Assembly: GCA_951406725.2 (NCBI GenBank)
Contig: OX597820.1
Location: forward strand, 73,098,001 to 73,162,000
DNA length: 64,000 nucleotides
Source of the DNA: Octopus vulgaris
Lineage: Eukaryota
Direction: 5' to 3'
Part shown: positions 38,143 to 49,362 of the stretch, in pieces
Layout: each line of letters begins with the position of its first letter
Position numbering within the stretch: position 1 is the stretch's first letter
Translations under genes and position numbers: made by a program
Notes under the pieces: generated by a model
Database searches by the model: none
Told to the model about the DNA's origin: nothing
The model's input: only the letters and a program-made list of their open reading frames with translations

Positions 38143-40182
38143 CTCTTCAGCCGTTCTAGCCAATACGATACAATGTTGTACGCAGTTTTCCATATCACCC
38201 AGATGGTGATGATAAAGTCAACAGGTTCTGACAAGCCAATTTGTTTTAGTCTAATTTTATCCGTATTCAGTTTCCTTCATAAAAGGCAGCAGAATGTTGC
38301 AGGGAAATTCTATGACCCCTAAAAACGTTTATTATCACCTACTTTCTCCGACTTAATCATCATTTCCCATCTGCAAAGAGTTGAAGGAACTGAAGATAGA
38401 TGGAAGTAAATGATTTAATATAAACCTCTGAATTTTTTTTTTTCTTCCCAACAGACAGACATCCAGGCTGTTAGCATGTAACACAATACATATCAAGCCT
38501 CTTCGTTTTACTACAATCTGATGGACATTAGATTTTTCTTGAGCTTAAACATTATTCAACTTTGGGCTATCAATAATCAGAGATAGAGCGATACGCGTGC
38601 GTATTCATAGAGAGGGAGAGAGAGAGAAAGAGAGGGAGGGGGAGGGACTAAGACAGAAAGAGAGAGAGAGAGAAAGAAAGAGGATGAGGAAGGTAAAGGA
38701 TAAGAAAAACAGATGAGCCAGGTCTTTATAAATACAACGCTAGAATTTTCTTTCATATAGGTGTGAGAGCGCGTAGTCTAGTGGTCAGCGTGCCATAATC
38801 GCGATTGCATGGTCGTACGTTCGATCCTTGACCGGGTGGTGCGATTATTTTATTTATTTTTGTGGGGTGGGGTGGGGGCGTAAAACACTTCATTTCACGT
38901 TGCTATGCGATCACTTCGACATATGATGTGTGACACATCGTGCACCTACCTGTATACGTAATAGCGATTTGATGGAGAGAGACTACCATTAAAGATAATA
39001 GGTTATAAGTTAAGGAAAAATTGAAATATAAACCCTAACAATAAAATAATAGAGAACACAGTTTCGGAAAAGTTACAGCATGGGCGCAGGCACAGCCGTC
39101 TAGTTAAGAAGCTTGCTTTGTTACCACGTGGTTTCGAGGCGAGTGGGGACTTTGGGACAACACCTGGATCTTTGTGGTTTTCGTCACTGTTTACAGTTAT
39201 CTTTAAAAAAAAAAATTAATGTATCATATAGATGCAATTATTGATGCTGAATCCGAATTTATTATTCATTTATTTCAGAAAAATTTTGCAAAAATGTTAC
39301 AGATGTTCAAAGTTTGATCATTTTCAGAATTTTCAGCCAATCAGAAAACAGCGCGTTCGCTGCTTCTTCCATCATCAGGAGTGGCGGAAGCATCAGCATG
39401 TCAAGACGTTAAACTGGCTACACGAACAAATTAAAAATTTAAAAGCTACGATCCAACAAACCAACAGTAGCAACGTAATTTTAGTCAATCGGCTGCTACT
39501 ATTGCCGAGCATACCGGAAGTCGTGACTATTTGCCCGCATAGGAACAGCACACACACACACAAACACACACAAATATTTAAGTAGTTTCCTAACTGACCA
39601 GAAACAGAAGCCAAATCTTCCTAAAATTACACCCTTTTTGAATAGAAAAAACAAGAATAAGGAAAACTGTCATTGAACGATATAGTCTTGATTACTGTCT
39701 ATAAAAACGACATGACGGTCATGCCTTTAATAAGTCTATTCGATCATTTCTGACCTGGGGCTAAATAACCTGACATAATAGGACCAAAGTCTTTTCATTT
39801 CGACTTCTTGTTATTTCCACAGTAAAAAAAAAATCTACAATTTTTACACATATTTGCTATTTTCCTCAAATATAATATATCAGCTGTATATCTTCCGTAG
39901 AGATATTAATGCAGAACAGGTTTATATGGAAAAATACAGACCATTGACAATGCTTGCAAACCGATCGAAATTGCATGACACATACTTTGACAAGTTCGCA
40001 CATTATTTATTAGTTTTCTGTTGTCAGAATGTATTGCCCGGAGAGAATAGGAATACATAAAGACATTTCCAGCGAGCTTTAAGGAAGCTCTTTCACACGA
40101 ATTACGTATGTACAAACGCCCGCACACACACACAGACACGCATGCACGCACGCACACATACATACATACATACATACATACA

Positions 40183-40213
<31 letters not shown>

Positions 40214-40356
40214 GTACATACATATTTACGTGACCTTGTGGATAGAAGAATGTTGGTTCAATTCCTGGACTGGTTAGTGCGTTGTATCGGAGGAAGGCTC
40301 TTCATTTCATAATGATGTCGTTTACTGAGCTGGAAATAAGTGCCAGCTAAATAATC

Positions 40357-40410
<54 letters not shown>

Positions 40411-40449
40411 CTATCTAACTGTCTGTCTGTCTGTCTGTATGTCTGTCTG

Positions 40450-40493
<44 letters not shown>

Positions 40494-40498
40494 CTTAC

Positions 40499-40725
40499 CT
40501 CTGTCTCCTGTTGCTACATCTAAGTTTTACCAGGTGATGGTGGTAGCGCTGGCGGTGGTGGTGGTGGTGATGGTGGTGGCGGTGGTGGTGGTGGTGGTGG
40601 TGGTGGTGGTGGTGGTGACGGCGGCGGTGGCTGCGGCAACGGTGCTGGTAGTGACAATGGAGGTAATGTTGGTGATGGTAATGGTGGTGGTGGTTATGGT
40701 AGGGTGGGGTGAATTCCATAGGCAC
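40499..40725 (-). other. candidate internal exon built on a (CAC)n repeat, coding status unknown
   Basis: Strong acceptor TTTTCTTCTTTTTTTTTTAG|G and donor GAG|GTAAGT; one His-rich frame is open throughout; no partner exons established. Confidence 0.3.
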
Positions 40726-41881
40726 CTAAAAAAAAAAGAAGAAAACACGATACAAGCTACTAAGTCACAGTCACTCGCGAGTGACGGCTAAGTTACTCTA
40801 TAATAACATAAACCCTGAGAATGTAACAGAGGGTGAAGCTTATTCTTTAAGAAACAATCATAAGAAGCCAAGATACCCGCAAGGATTTTGCTGTTCTGAA
40901 ATGTCCAAGCCACTTCCTTTAATTGTAAAACCAGTCAAATGTTGTCTAAATGATTGCTTTCCGATTAAGCTGTAATTAAAATACATACATACTCACATAG
41001 TGAAGGCGAATGGCTCAATGGTTAGAGCATCGAGCTTAGGAGGGTAACTTTCTAGGTGCAATCCCATGGTCATTCATGACCGAAGGGGGTCTTTACCTTT
41101 TACATACTCACACACATACATTCATATATACATACATACATACATACATGTACGTATATATGTATATTCTTGTTTCGCTTTATATATATATATATATAAA
41201 TATGCGTGTGTGTATGTGCATGTGTGTGTGTGTCTTTGTGAGTATGTTTGTGCCCCGTCACCGCTTGACAACCGGTGTTGGTGTGTTTACGTCCCTGTAA
41301 CGTAAGCGGTTCGGCAACAGAGACGAATAGAATAAGTTCCAAGTTTAATAAAAAAAATAGCTACTGGGGGTCGATTTCTTCGACTAACAATTCTTCCAGG
41401 CGGTGCCACAGCATGGTCGCAGTCAAGTGACTGAAACAAGTAAATGATAAAGGATTTTAAAAATAACAAAAAAAAAAAGAATCTAGAACCTTTTTTTTCT
41501 TTTTTTTTGGTATTATTTATTTGCCATTGCACATGTTTCACTTCTAGGAATTACAAAGTAGCACATAGTGGATAAACATGTGAAGAATTTTCTTTTAGAA
41601 ATTATTCAGGCAGGGAATCGAATAATACAAAATTTACACTTGAACGAAGCGTTTAATATTTTTGCTCACTATGTATATAATATGAATAAATAATACCAAA
41701 AGAATTTTCCAGAGTCATGTTTTTGTTTTTTTTTCAAATCAGTTTCAGCTCAAAGCTGTGACTATGTTTACAAAGAATCAGTCCTGGGGTCGATTCACTC
41801 GACTAAAGGTGTTGCTCCAGCATGGCTGCAGTCAAATGACTGAAACAAGGAAAAAAGAAAAGAATATGTGTGTGTGTATGC

Positions 41882-41991
<110 letters not shown>

Positions 41992-42537
41992 AGTTACGGT
42001 AGAAAATGCTAAAATAATTTTATAAAAAACATTCGGTTTCATACATTGAGACTTTTTTCAACTGTAAGTATGGAAAACAATTAAATTTGGGAAAAATTAA
42101 AAGAAAAGTTTTTTAGAAGAATACAAGGGGCATTTTCCTTGTTTCTGCTTGTCTCTGTCTCTCTTGTTTATTCTTTTGGGTTCGAGGTCGTAGTGAATTC
42201 TAGGCAGGGAAGAAGAAGAAGAAGAAGAAGAAGAAGAAGAAGAAGAAGAAGAAGAAGAAGAAGAAGAAGAAGAAGAAGAAGGACGAGAAGGACGAGGAGG
42301 AGGTGGAGGAAAAGAAGAAGAAAAAAAAAAAAATATATATATATATATGTTAAAAAACAGCAAAAATATCACGTTCCCGTTCGTCGGAAAACGACCGATA
42401 GAATCAGTACTAAGCTTACAATGAATAAGTCCTGGGGTCGATTTCTTCGACTAAAACCCTTTAAGGCGGTGCTCCAGCATGGCCACAGTCAAATACGTGA
42501 AGCAAGTAAAAGAATAAAAGAATAAAAGAATATAGTA

Positions 42538-42618
42538 CAACTACTGCGCTGATCTCTTAGAGAGATTTCAGAACAAAATGTTTACTTGTTGCAAAATCAG
42601 GGACTGTGTGTTCGCATG

Positions 42619-42652
<34 letters not shown>

Positions 42653-42692
42653 CGCATGCAATATATATATATATATATATATATTCCGCCCT

Positions 42693-42738
<46 letters not shown>

Positions 42739-43053
42739 TGCGTGCGGAAGCGAACTGCTATCATCTCTAGCAGACGCTGTGCCCAGTACTGAGTAGCGGC
42801 AGAAATAGTCCGAAACCAGGACTGCTCTACTTGTCTCGTCGCTAGAAGATGGTGGGGGCTCACTCCCCTGCTCACAATTTTATCAGATGCAGCCGTGCAT
42901 CGTTAACCAGCTAGAGGAGATGTCCTCTTGGGGTTAAAAAATTGCAGTAGAGTCCGCTCGAACGGACAGCCATGTTAAAATGGCTACGAATATTACTTGT
43001 CAGTATCAACTATTGCGTTGATCTCTTAGAGAGACTTTTAGAACTAACGTTTT
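42538..43053. other. terminally redundant, highly structured non-coding unit (unclassified)
   Basis: ~46-bp direct repeats 469 bp apart enclosing at least eight helices, several of them nested. Confidence 0.6.
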
Positions 43054-43769
43054 TCCGTATTAATATAAGAATATCTATTTATATATAGTTACGTAGTAGG
43101 TATCCGATTCACAAAACAGATCTGGGTCCCACTGCTGTCGATTACCTGAGATATTTTAAGGAGCTTATCACCACTCATAAACTTCATTAATGCTGACGCC
43201 ACCCCTAAATGTTTAATTTTTCCAAAACACAACTCATTATAACCTCGTATATGTAAGTGTTAAACCGCCACTTAATTCGTTAATATTCAAGCTTCCCAAC
43301 TCCACGCAGGCGTCCGTATATTTAAAAGTTCTACCGCGTATTACAGCCTTTAAATATACATAAATTAACTGACATATAGTAAAGCTAAAAATAATTTAAT
43401 TGGGAAATTAGTTAGGTTATTTTTTACTTTTTTAATTTTTTCTTTTTTTTTTTTGCTTTCATTAATTTGACATGCGTTTAATTTCCGTGCTATTAGTTAC
43501 TATAATCATGATATTTCACTTAGAAAACTAGTGTGTTACTTAAGCCTGATATAATTCACTCACTTATAAGTATCTTTAGAAGACATTAATAAAAAGATTA
43601 GGAAATAAGAGTAGGTATTATACGTGACTAAAATATTCGACCGCCATTAAATTAAATTATTTGACTATTGTATGAAGCAAAGTCTCAGCTAACAATCTCG
43701 GCTCTCGCTCCTTCGCTCTGTCTGTCTGTCTCTGTCTGTCCCCCCCTTCTCTCTCTCTCTCTTCCCACC

Positions 43770-43821
<52 letters not shown>

Positions 43822-44502
43822 AAACTTCTATACTTAGGGCAAGACTAACACCTCAGACGTAAGAAAACACTCCTAAATTGAAGATGTTCTCACTCAGCAG
43901 GAATAAAACTCAGGCAAACCAAATATGGCATACATCAAGAGCAATATTAGTTTTATCAAAAAACATAATATTCAAATTTCCACATTATCTATTCATGACC
44001 TAATTATAAATTCAAAATGACAGACAAAGCAAACACAGCCTTGATTTAGGTCAATTTTTCTACCAAACTATCAAAGATAATATGCTCTAACTTGGAATAC
44101 CAACAGATTGGGGTACAGATTAGATGCTGAATCAAAGATATTGATGAAGTTGCTCTAAATTTCACTGTGAGGTCGCACGTAGCCATATGCAGTAGTTCAA
44201 GAGTTTATAACCCCTGGGTAGTAGCATTAAAGTGTCTCTGCAAGATGAACAAATAAAGTGTATCTAATCACTCTACAACAGTATGTAGGCAAGTATCAAA
44301 GTAATACACATGCAAAATTTCAGCCCATTACATCAATTATTCTCGGAGATATTGTGACCTAAAGATTGCTATTTATAGTCAGAAATATCATTTTGAGAAA
44401 AAAACACAAAAACCGCTAGAAATGGTTGATTTTACAACAATGCCCAACTACACAAAGATAATATCCACATTTTAGTGAAATATTTGCAGTTTTGCACAGA
44501 CT

Positions 44503-44783
44503 AAAACAAGACATGTGTACTACAGAGCCAGAGGCGGTTTCAAGCGGGTTGGTATCACCCTTTTGATACTAACTCGCCTGAAACCGCCTCTGGCTCTGTA
44601 GTACACATGTCTTGTTTTCAAAAGTTCTGAATTAAAATCTTCCACCAAACCTTAGCCACAATTTATGTTCCTAACACTAACTTAATGATAAACTAAATTA
44701 TTTTACTAATTCTTTGTTATAATTAAAATTAATTGAAAGAAACACTGAGCATCTCAACAGAAATATGGTAACAAAAGGCTTAA
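44503..44783. mobile_element. piggyBac-like MITE with head-to-head inverted duplication of its left end
   Basis: 44503-44557 is the reverse complement of ~44564-44618; element runs CCCTTTTGATAC...GGTAACAAAAGGC-TTAA. Confidence 0.6.
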
Positions 44784-45300
44784 TGCTCATAGTATGATAA
44801 CGCCCAGAGTCTAATAGCGCCCAGTCTAATAACGCATATCCTTTGCTATTTTCTGAGTTTTTGCTACCTGAAATCTGAGATATTAGTCTAGCCTTAAACA
44901 AATTCATCTTCAAGTAATGTAAGCAGTGGAAAAGAATTGTAATGCTTTGTAATACTCCACAGTGGAAGTTAAGAAATAGCAGCAAAATGCATCTCAAACT
45001 ACATTATACTGCCACCTTTAAAAAATGGTTCTAGGCAAATATATATTTAAAATTTTTTATCTTGTTTCAATCTAATAGATTGCGTCTATGCCGGGGAAGT
45101 ACCATGAAGAATGATTCTACCCCAGTACTGCTTTTATAAAACTGGTACTTATTTTATCGTTCTCTTTTGCCGAACCGCAAAGAGCGGTGGTGGGGGGACA
45201 AACACAAAAACACACACACATTCATACATACATACATACATACATACATACATACATACATACATACATGCATGCATGCATACATACACACGCACACGCA

Positions 45301-45440
<140 letters not shown>

Positions 45441-45819
45441 CACACACGATGGCCTTCTTTGAGTTTCCATCAACCAAATCCGCTCACAACGCTGTGGTCG
45501 GCCGGTGTTATTGTAGAAGACACTTGCCCAAGGTGGCACGCAGTGGGACTGATCCCAGAAGCATACATACATATGTATGTGTGTGTGTGTATGCATGTAT
45601 GCATGTATCTTTGTGTCTGACCCCCCCATCCCACTTGACTGTCGGTGTTGGTGTATTTACGTCCCTGTAACGTAGCAGTTCAGCAAAAGACGCTGATAGA
45701 ATAAGTACAAGGCTTTAAAATAAGTCCTAGGATGGATTTTTTTTTACTAAAACCCTTCAAGGCGATACTCCAGTATGGTCGCAATTAACTGACTAAAACA
45801 AGTAAAAAATAATAAAGAA

Positions 45820-45864
<45 letters not shown>

Positions 45865-45945
45865 CACGTTGTGCGAGACATTGTCTCGTATCATTGACTG
45901 AAATTCTTTACTTTGATAGCTGCGGAGTATTTCAGTCCACTAACA

Positions 45946-46001
<56 letters not shown>

Positions 46002-46003
46002 AC

Positions 46004-46069
<66 letters not shown>

Positions 46070-46092
46070 CAATAATAATAATAATAATAATG

Positions 46093-46143
<51 letters not shown>

Positions 46144-46146
<3 letters not shown>

Positions 46147-46428
46147 TGTGGATACTTAGTACTACGATAATACCAGTAGTGATTGGTGCGTTGGAAATGA
46201 TAAAGAAGGGAGCTGAGAAGTATATTAAGCAGCCCCCTGGAAACGCCAATCTTTGTGAACTACAAAAGATAACCTTGATGGGTAAAGCCCATATACTATG
46301 GAAAGCACTCTCCATATAAAATGGAATAAATGTGGTGATAATTTTAGCATGCATAGCAGCTACTCTGGCCTCTGGAGGATGCCTGGTACTAAGACAGCTG
46401 GAATAAAGTTATAATGAAAAGAAACCAT
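46144..46428 (+). pseudogene. R4/Dong extreme 3' fragment in (AAT)n
   Basis: KMWILSTTIIPVVIGALEMIKKG..PGNANLCELQKITLMGKAHILWKALSI* plus 3'UTR. Confidence 0.8.
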
Positions 46429-46429
46429 A

Positions 46430-46501
<72 letters not shown>

Positions 46502-46503
<2 letters not shown>

Positions 46504-47219
46504 CCCACCAGAAATTACCAAAAACATGTAATGAAAAGAAATATTACAAGTAACTGCAGAATATGTGGAGATGGACAAGAAACAATAAATCATATTATCT
46601 CTAGCTGCCCAGTCCTGGCTAAGAAGGAATATATTCACAGACATGACAGAGTTGGAACCTACATACATTGGAAGCTATGCCAACATTATGGAATAACAAC
46701 AGAAAAAAGATGGTATAGTCACACACCAGAAAAGGTCACAGAAAACGAGAAAGCAACCATACTCTGGGATATGCCGTACACACAGATAGAGAAATTAAGT
46801 CCAACAGACCAGATATAGTTGTCAGAGATCATGAAGAAAAAAAATGCTTTCTAATTGATGTATCAATACTGGCTGATGACAACGTTTCTCTAAAAGAAAT
46901 GGAGAAACTCTCAAAATACAAAGACCTGGAAATAGAGGTAACTAGAATGTGGAATCTGAAAACAGAAACAATTCCTATCATAGTAGGTGCATTAGGCATG
47001 ATAAAAAAATATTCAGACAAATACATAACAAAAACACCAGGACTTACAAACACATATAACACAGAAAATTGCACTACTAGGCGCTATACACATCCTACGC
47101 AGAACACTTTCCATACAATAACCATCAGAGCATCACAACAAATCACAGCACATACCCAAGGCACACAGAGCTGCGCTCGGTAGTGAAGTGAAAGCAAGCA
47201 CGCTATAAAAATAAAACTA

Positions 47220-47222
<3 letters not shown>
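46502..47222 (+). pseudogene. R4/Dong 3' fragment (CCHC + restriction-like endonuclease) in (AAT)n
   Basis: CRICGDGQETINHIISSC..RHDRV..ILWD..RPDIV..CFLIDVSI..EKLSKYKDLEIEVTRMWNLKTETIPIIVGALG, with frameshifts. Confidence 0.9.
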
Positions 47223-47254
<32 letters not shown>

Positions 47255-47470
47255 TAATAATAATAATAACAATAATGATGATGATGATGATGATTTCAAA
47301 TTGTGGCACTAGGTTAGCAATTGCGGGGCAAGGAGTAAATCGATTACATCGACCCCAGTGTGCGACTGGTACTTCTTTTATCGACTCCAAGAGGATGAAA
47401 GGCAAAGTGGACTTCGTCGGAATTTGAACTCAGAACGTAAAGACTGACGAAATGCCGTTAAGCATTATTT

Positions 47471-47566
47471 GCACCGGTTCTCGTCAGATCACCAAAGTTA
47501 AGCAACGTAGAGCCTAGTGAGTACTTTGATGGGGGAACGCTTGGAAAATTTAGGTGCTATAAGCAT
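47471..47566 (+). pseudogene. 5S rRNA-derived sequence (SINE head), 5' end missing
   Basis: CACCGGTTCTCGTCAGATCACCAAAGTTAAGCAACGTAGAGCCTAGTGAGTACTTTGATGGGGGAACGCTTGGAAAATTTAGGTGCTATAAGC aligns by eye with animal 5S rRNA, including A- and C-box regions. Confidence 0.8.
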
Positions 47567-48125
47567 CTCCCACTTTTGATGCGCTGATGCAGTATCCTGC
47601 ACTGGCTCTCATGGCTTCTTATCTTAACTGATTGGAAGTGTTATCATGTACGAATACATTGTTTTGTCTGGGTATAAAAGAGGGGCTACAGCAAATATTC
47701 TGCTCAATACCAGATTTCCTTTTCAGTTGCTTGACCTTAACCAGTTGAGCATGTCCCTTGGTGGTTGACGATATGTACACCTCTGATCATGAGCAGAAGT
47801 AGTGGGAAGCATCATAGCCATGTGTTGTGAAGAATTCTTTGGAGTTTGAATAATTCACCTCTGGAAACATGGGTGTTTCGTTCAACATCCTTAAACAACC
47901 CTTATTCAGGGACCTTTTGAGCGGAATGGGCTATTCGACCTGAAGAAAATTTTAACTGAGCCCCACCTGCAAGGTCATGCGGTATTGATCTTGATATGAG
48001 ATATCGCGCATATATGGTTGTGATGCATATGCCTGGAGTACCCTATTCAGTCATGATCGGCATACTGGGCTTCGTATATTTTACCCCAGTGTCTCTTTGA
48101 TGGCATGCACTGCTCTGTCACTCAA
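47471..48125 (+). mobile_element. 5S rRNA-derived SINE (SINE3-type)
   Basis: 5S head contiguous with the ~550-bp body seen at 5611 and 28531; AAT-type tail. Confidence 0.7.
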
Positions 48126-48924
48126 TAATGATAATAATCCTTTCTACCAAAGGCTGAAAGCCTGAAATTTTGGGGGAGGGGACTTGTCGATTACATCGAC
48201 CCCAGTGTCCAATTGGTACTTATTTTATCAACCCCGAAAGGATGAAAGGCAAAGACGACCTCGGTAGAATTTTAACTCAGAACGTAGCGACGGGCGAAAT
48301 ATTGCTAAGCTGTAGTTATTTTTAAGACCCTTGTACTTATCATATCGATCTTTTTTGCCAAACCGATAAGTTGGGGGTACATAAACCATTCAACACCAGT
48401 TATCAAGCGGTTGTGCGGGACAAACACAAACACTTACAAAAACAACACATATATACATAAATGGTGGACTTGCACACAGCTTCAGTCGGTCAGCCTGGAG
48501 CTAAGATACTTGCTTAAGGTGCCGCGCGGTGAGACTGAACCCAAAATTACGTGGACGTAGAGCGAATTCTTAACCACACAGCCATGCCTGCGTCTAAGGG
48601 GGAAAAGCTTCCTATTTTAAATAATTAAATTTTTGTCTTTCAATAAAACGCTTTCTATTTCCTTTATAAAACATGCAATTACAACTTTATAGCTTGTAAG
48701 GAAATACGAACTGAAGACAAGGTTTTGGATTACTTGAAATTCTACCCAAATTGAAAATAGCGCCGAAGTTAAGTCGCAAAACATAAGAAAACATATTCAA
48801 GAAATAAATTTAGTGAAATATTAAGCGCAGGAATTTGGAAAGAAATGTCAGTATTTCAAAATCGGGATTTCGCTTTTGTACTTGGTTTGCAATATTCTTG
48901 ACATGAATCTGTGCGTTAAAACAG

Positions 48925-49362
48925 ATTTTATTGCATCACGGGAGGGTCATTATGACGATACTAAACACACGCATTGATTCACTTTCACTTCTTTATTATT
49001 CGTCGGTTGGTTAGCTGTTTAACCCATTAACTAATCGATATTTTTATTAGTCATTTGGTTACTAAATCAACCGGTTTAGTTTATCAAAGTTCTTTCGTCA
49101 CCATTCACTGAAATGTTCTCTACTCCAAATAAGACCTGAAGTTGACCTGAAGTAAAGAGAACATTCCATTGAACAAGTTGTAAATGACGACGAAAGGATT
49201 TGATACCACAAACTGATTAATTGATTAAGCAAATAATTAATCAAACAATCAATTAGTTTGTTGGTTAAACAGCAGACCAATTGACGAATAATAAAGAAGT
49301 GAAATCGAACTAGTGCATGTGATTAGTATTGGCATAATGACCCTTCCGAGATAAAACAAAAT
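48925..49362. mobile_element. old MITE with long TIRs
   Basis: GGGTCATTATG..TTCACTTCTTTATTATTCGTC..GCTGTTTAACC mirrored by GGTTAAACAGC..GACGAATAATAAAGAAGTGAA..CATAATGACCC. Confidence 0.7.

Noticed and set aside
39270-39600. 117-aa ORF or CCAAT-box promoter
   Set aside because: No recognisable protein motif; a single GCCAATCAG is insufficient evidence of a promoter
42790-42875. RNase MRP-like words (GAAATAGTCC, GGGGCTCACTC)
   Set aside because: Spacing and P4 pairing do not fit RNase MRP/P architecture
47471-47566. Functional 5S rRNA gene
   Set aside because: 5' end missing, many substitutions, fused to a repeat body
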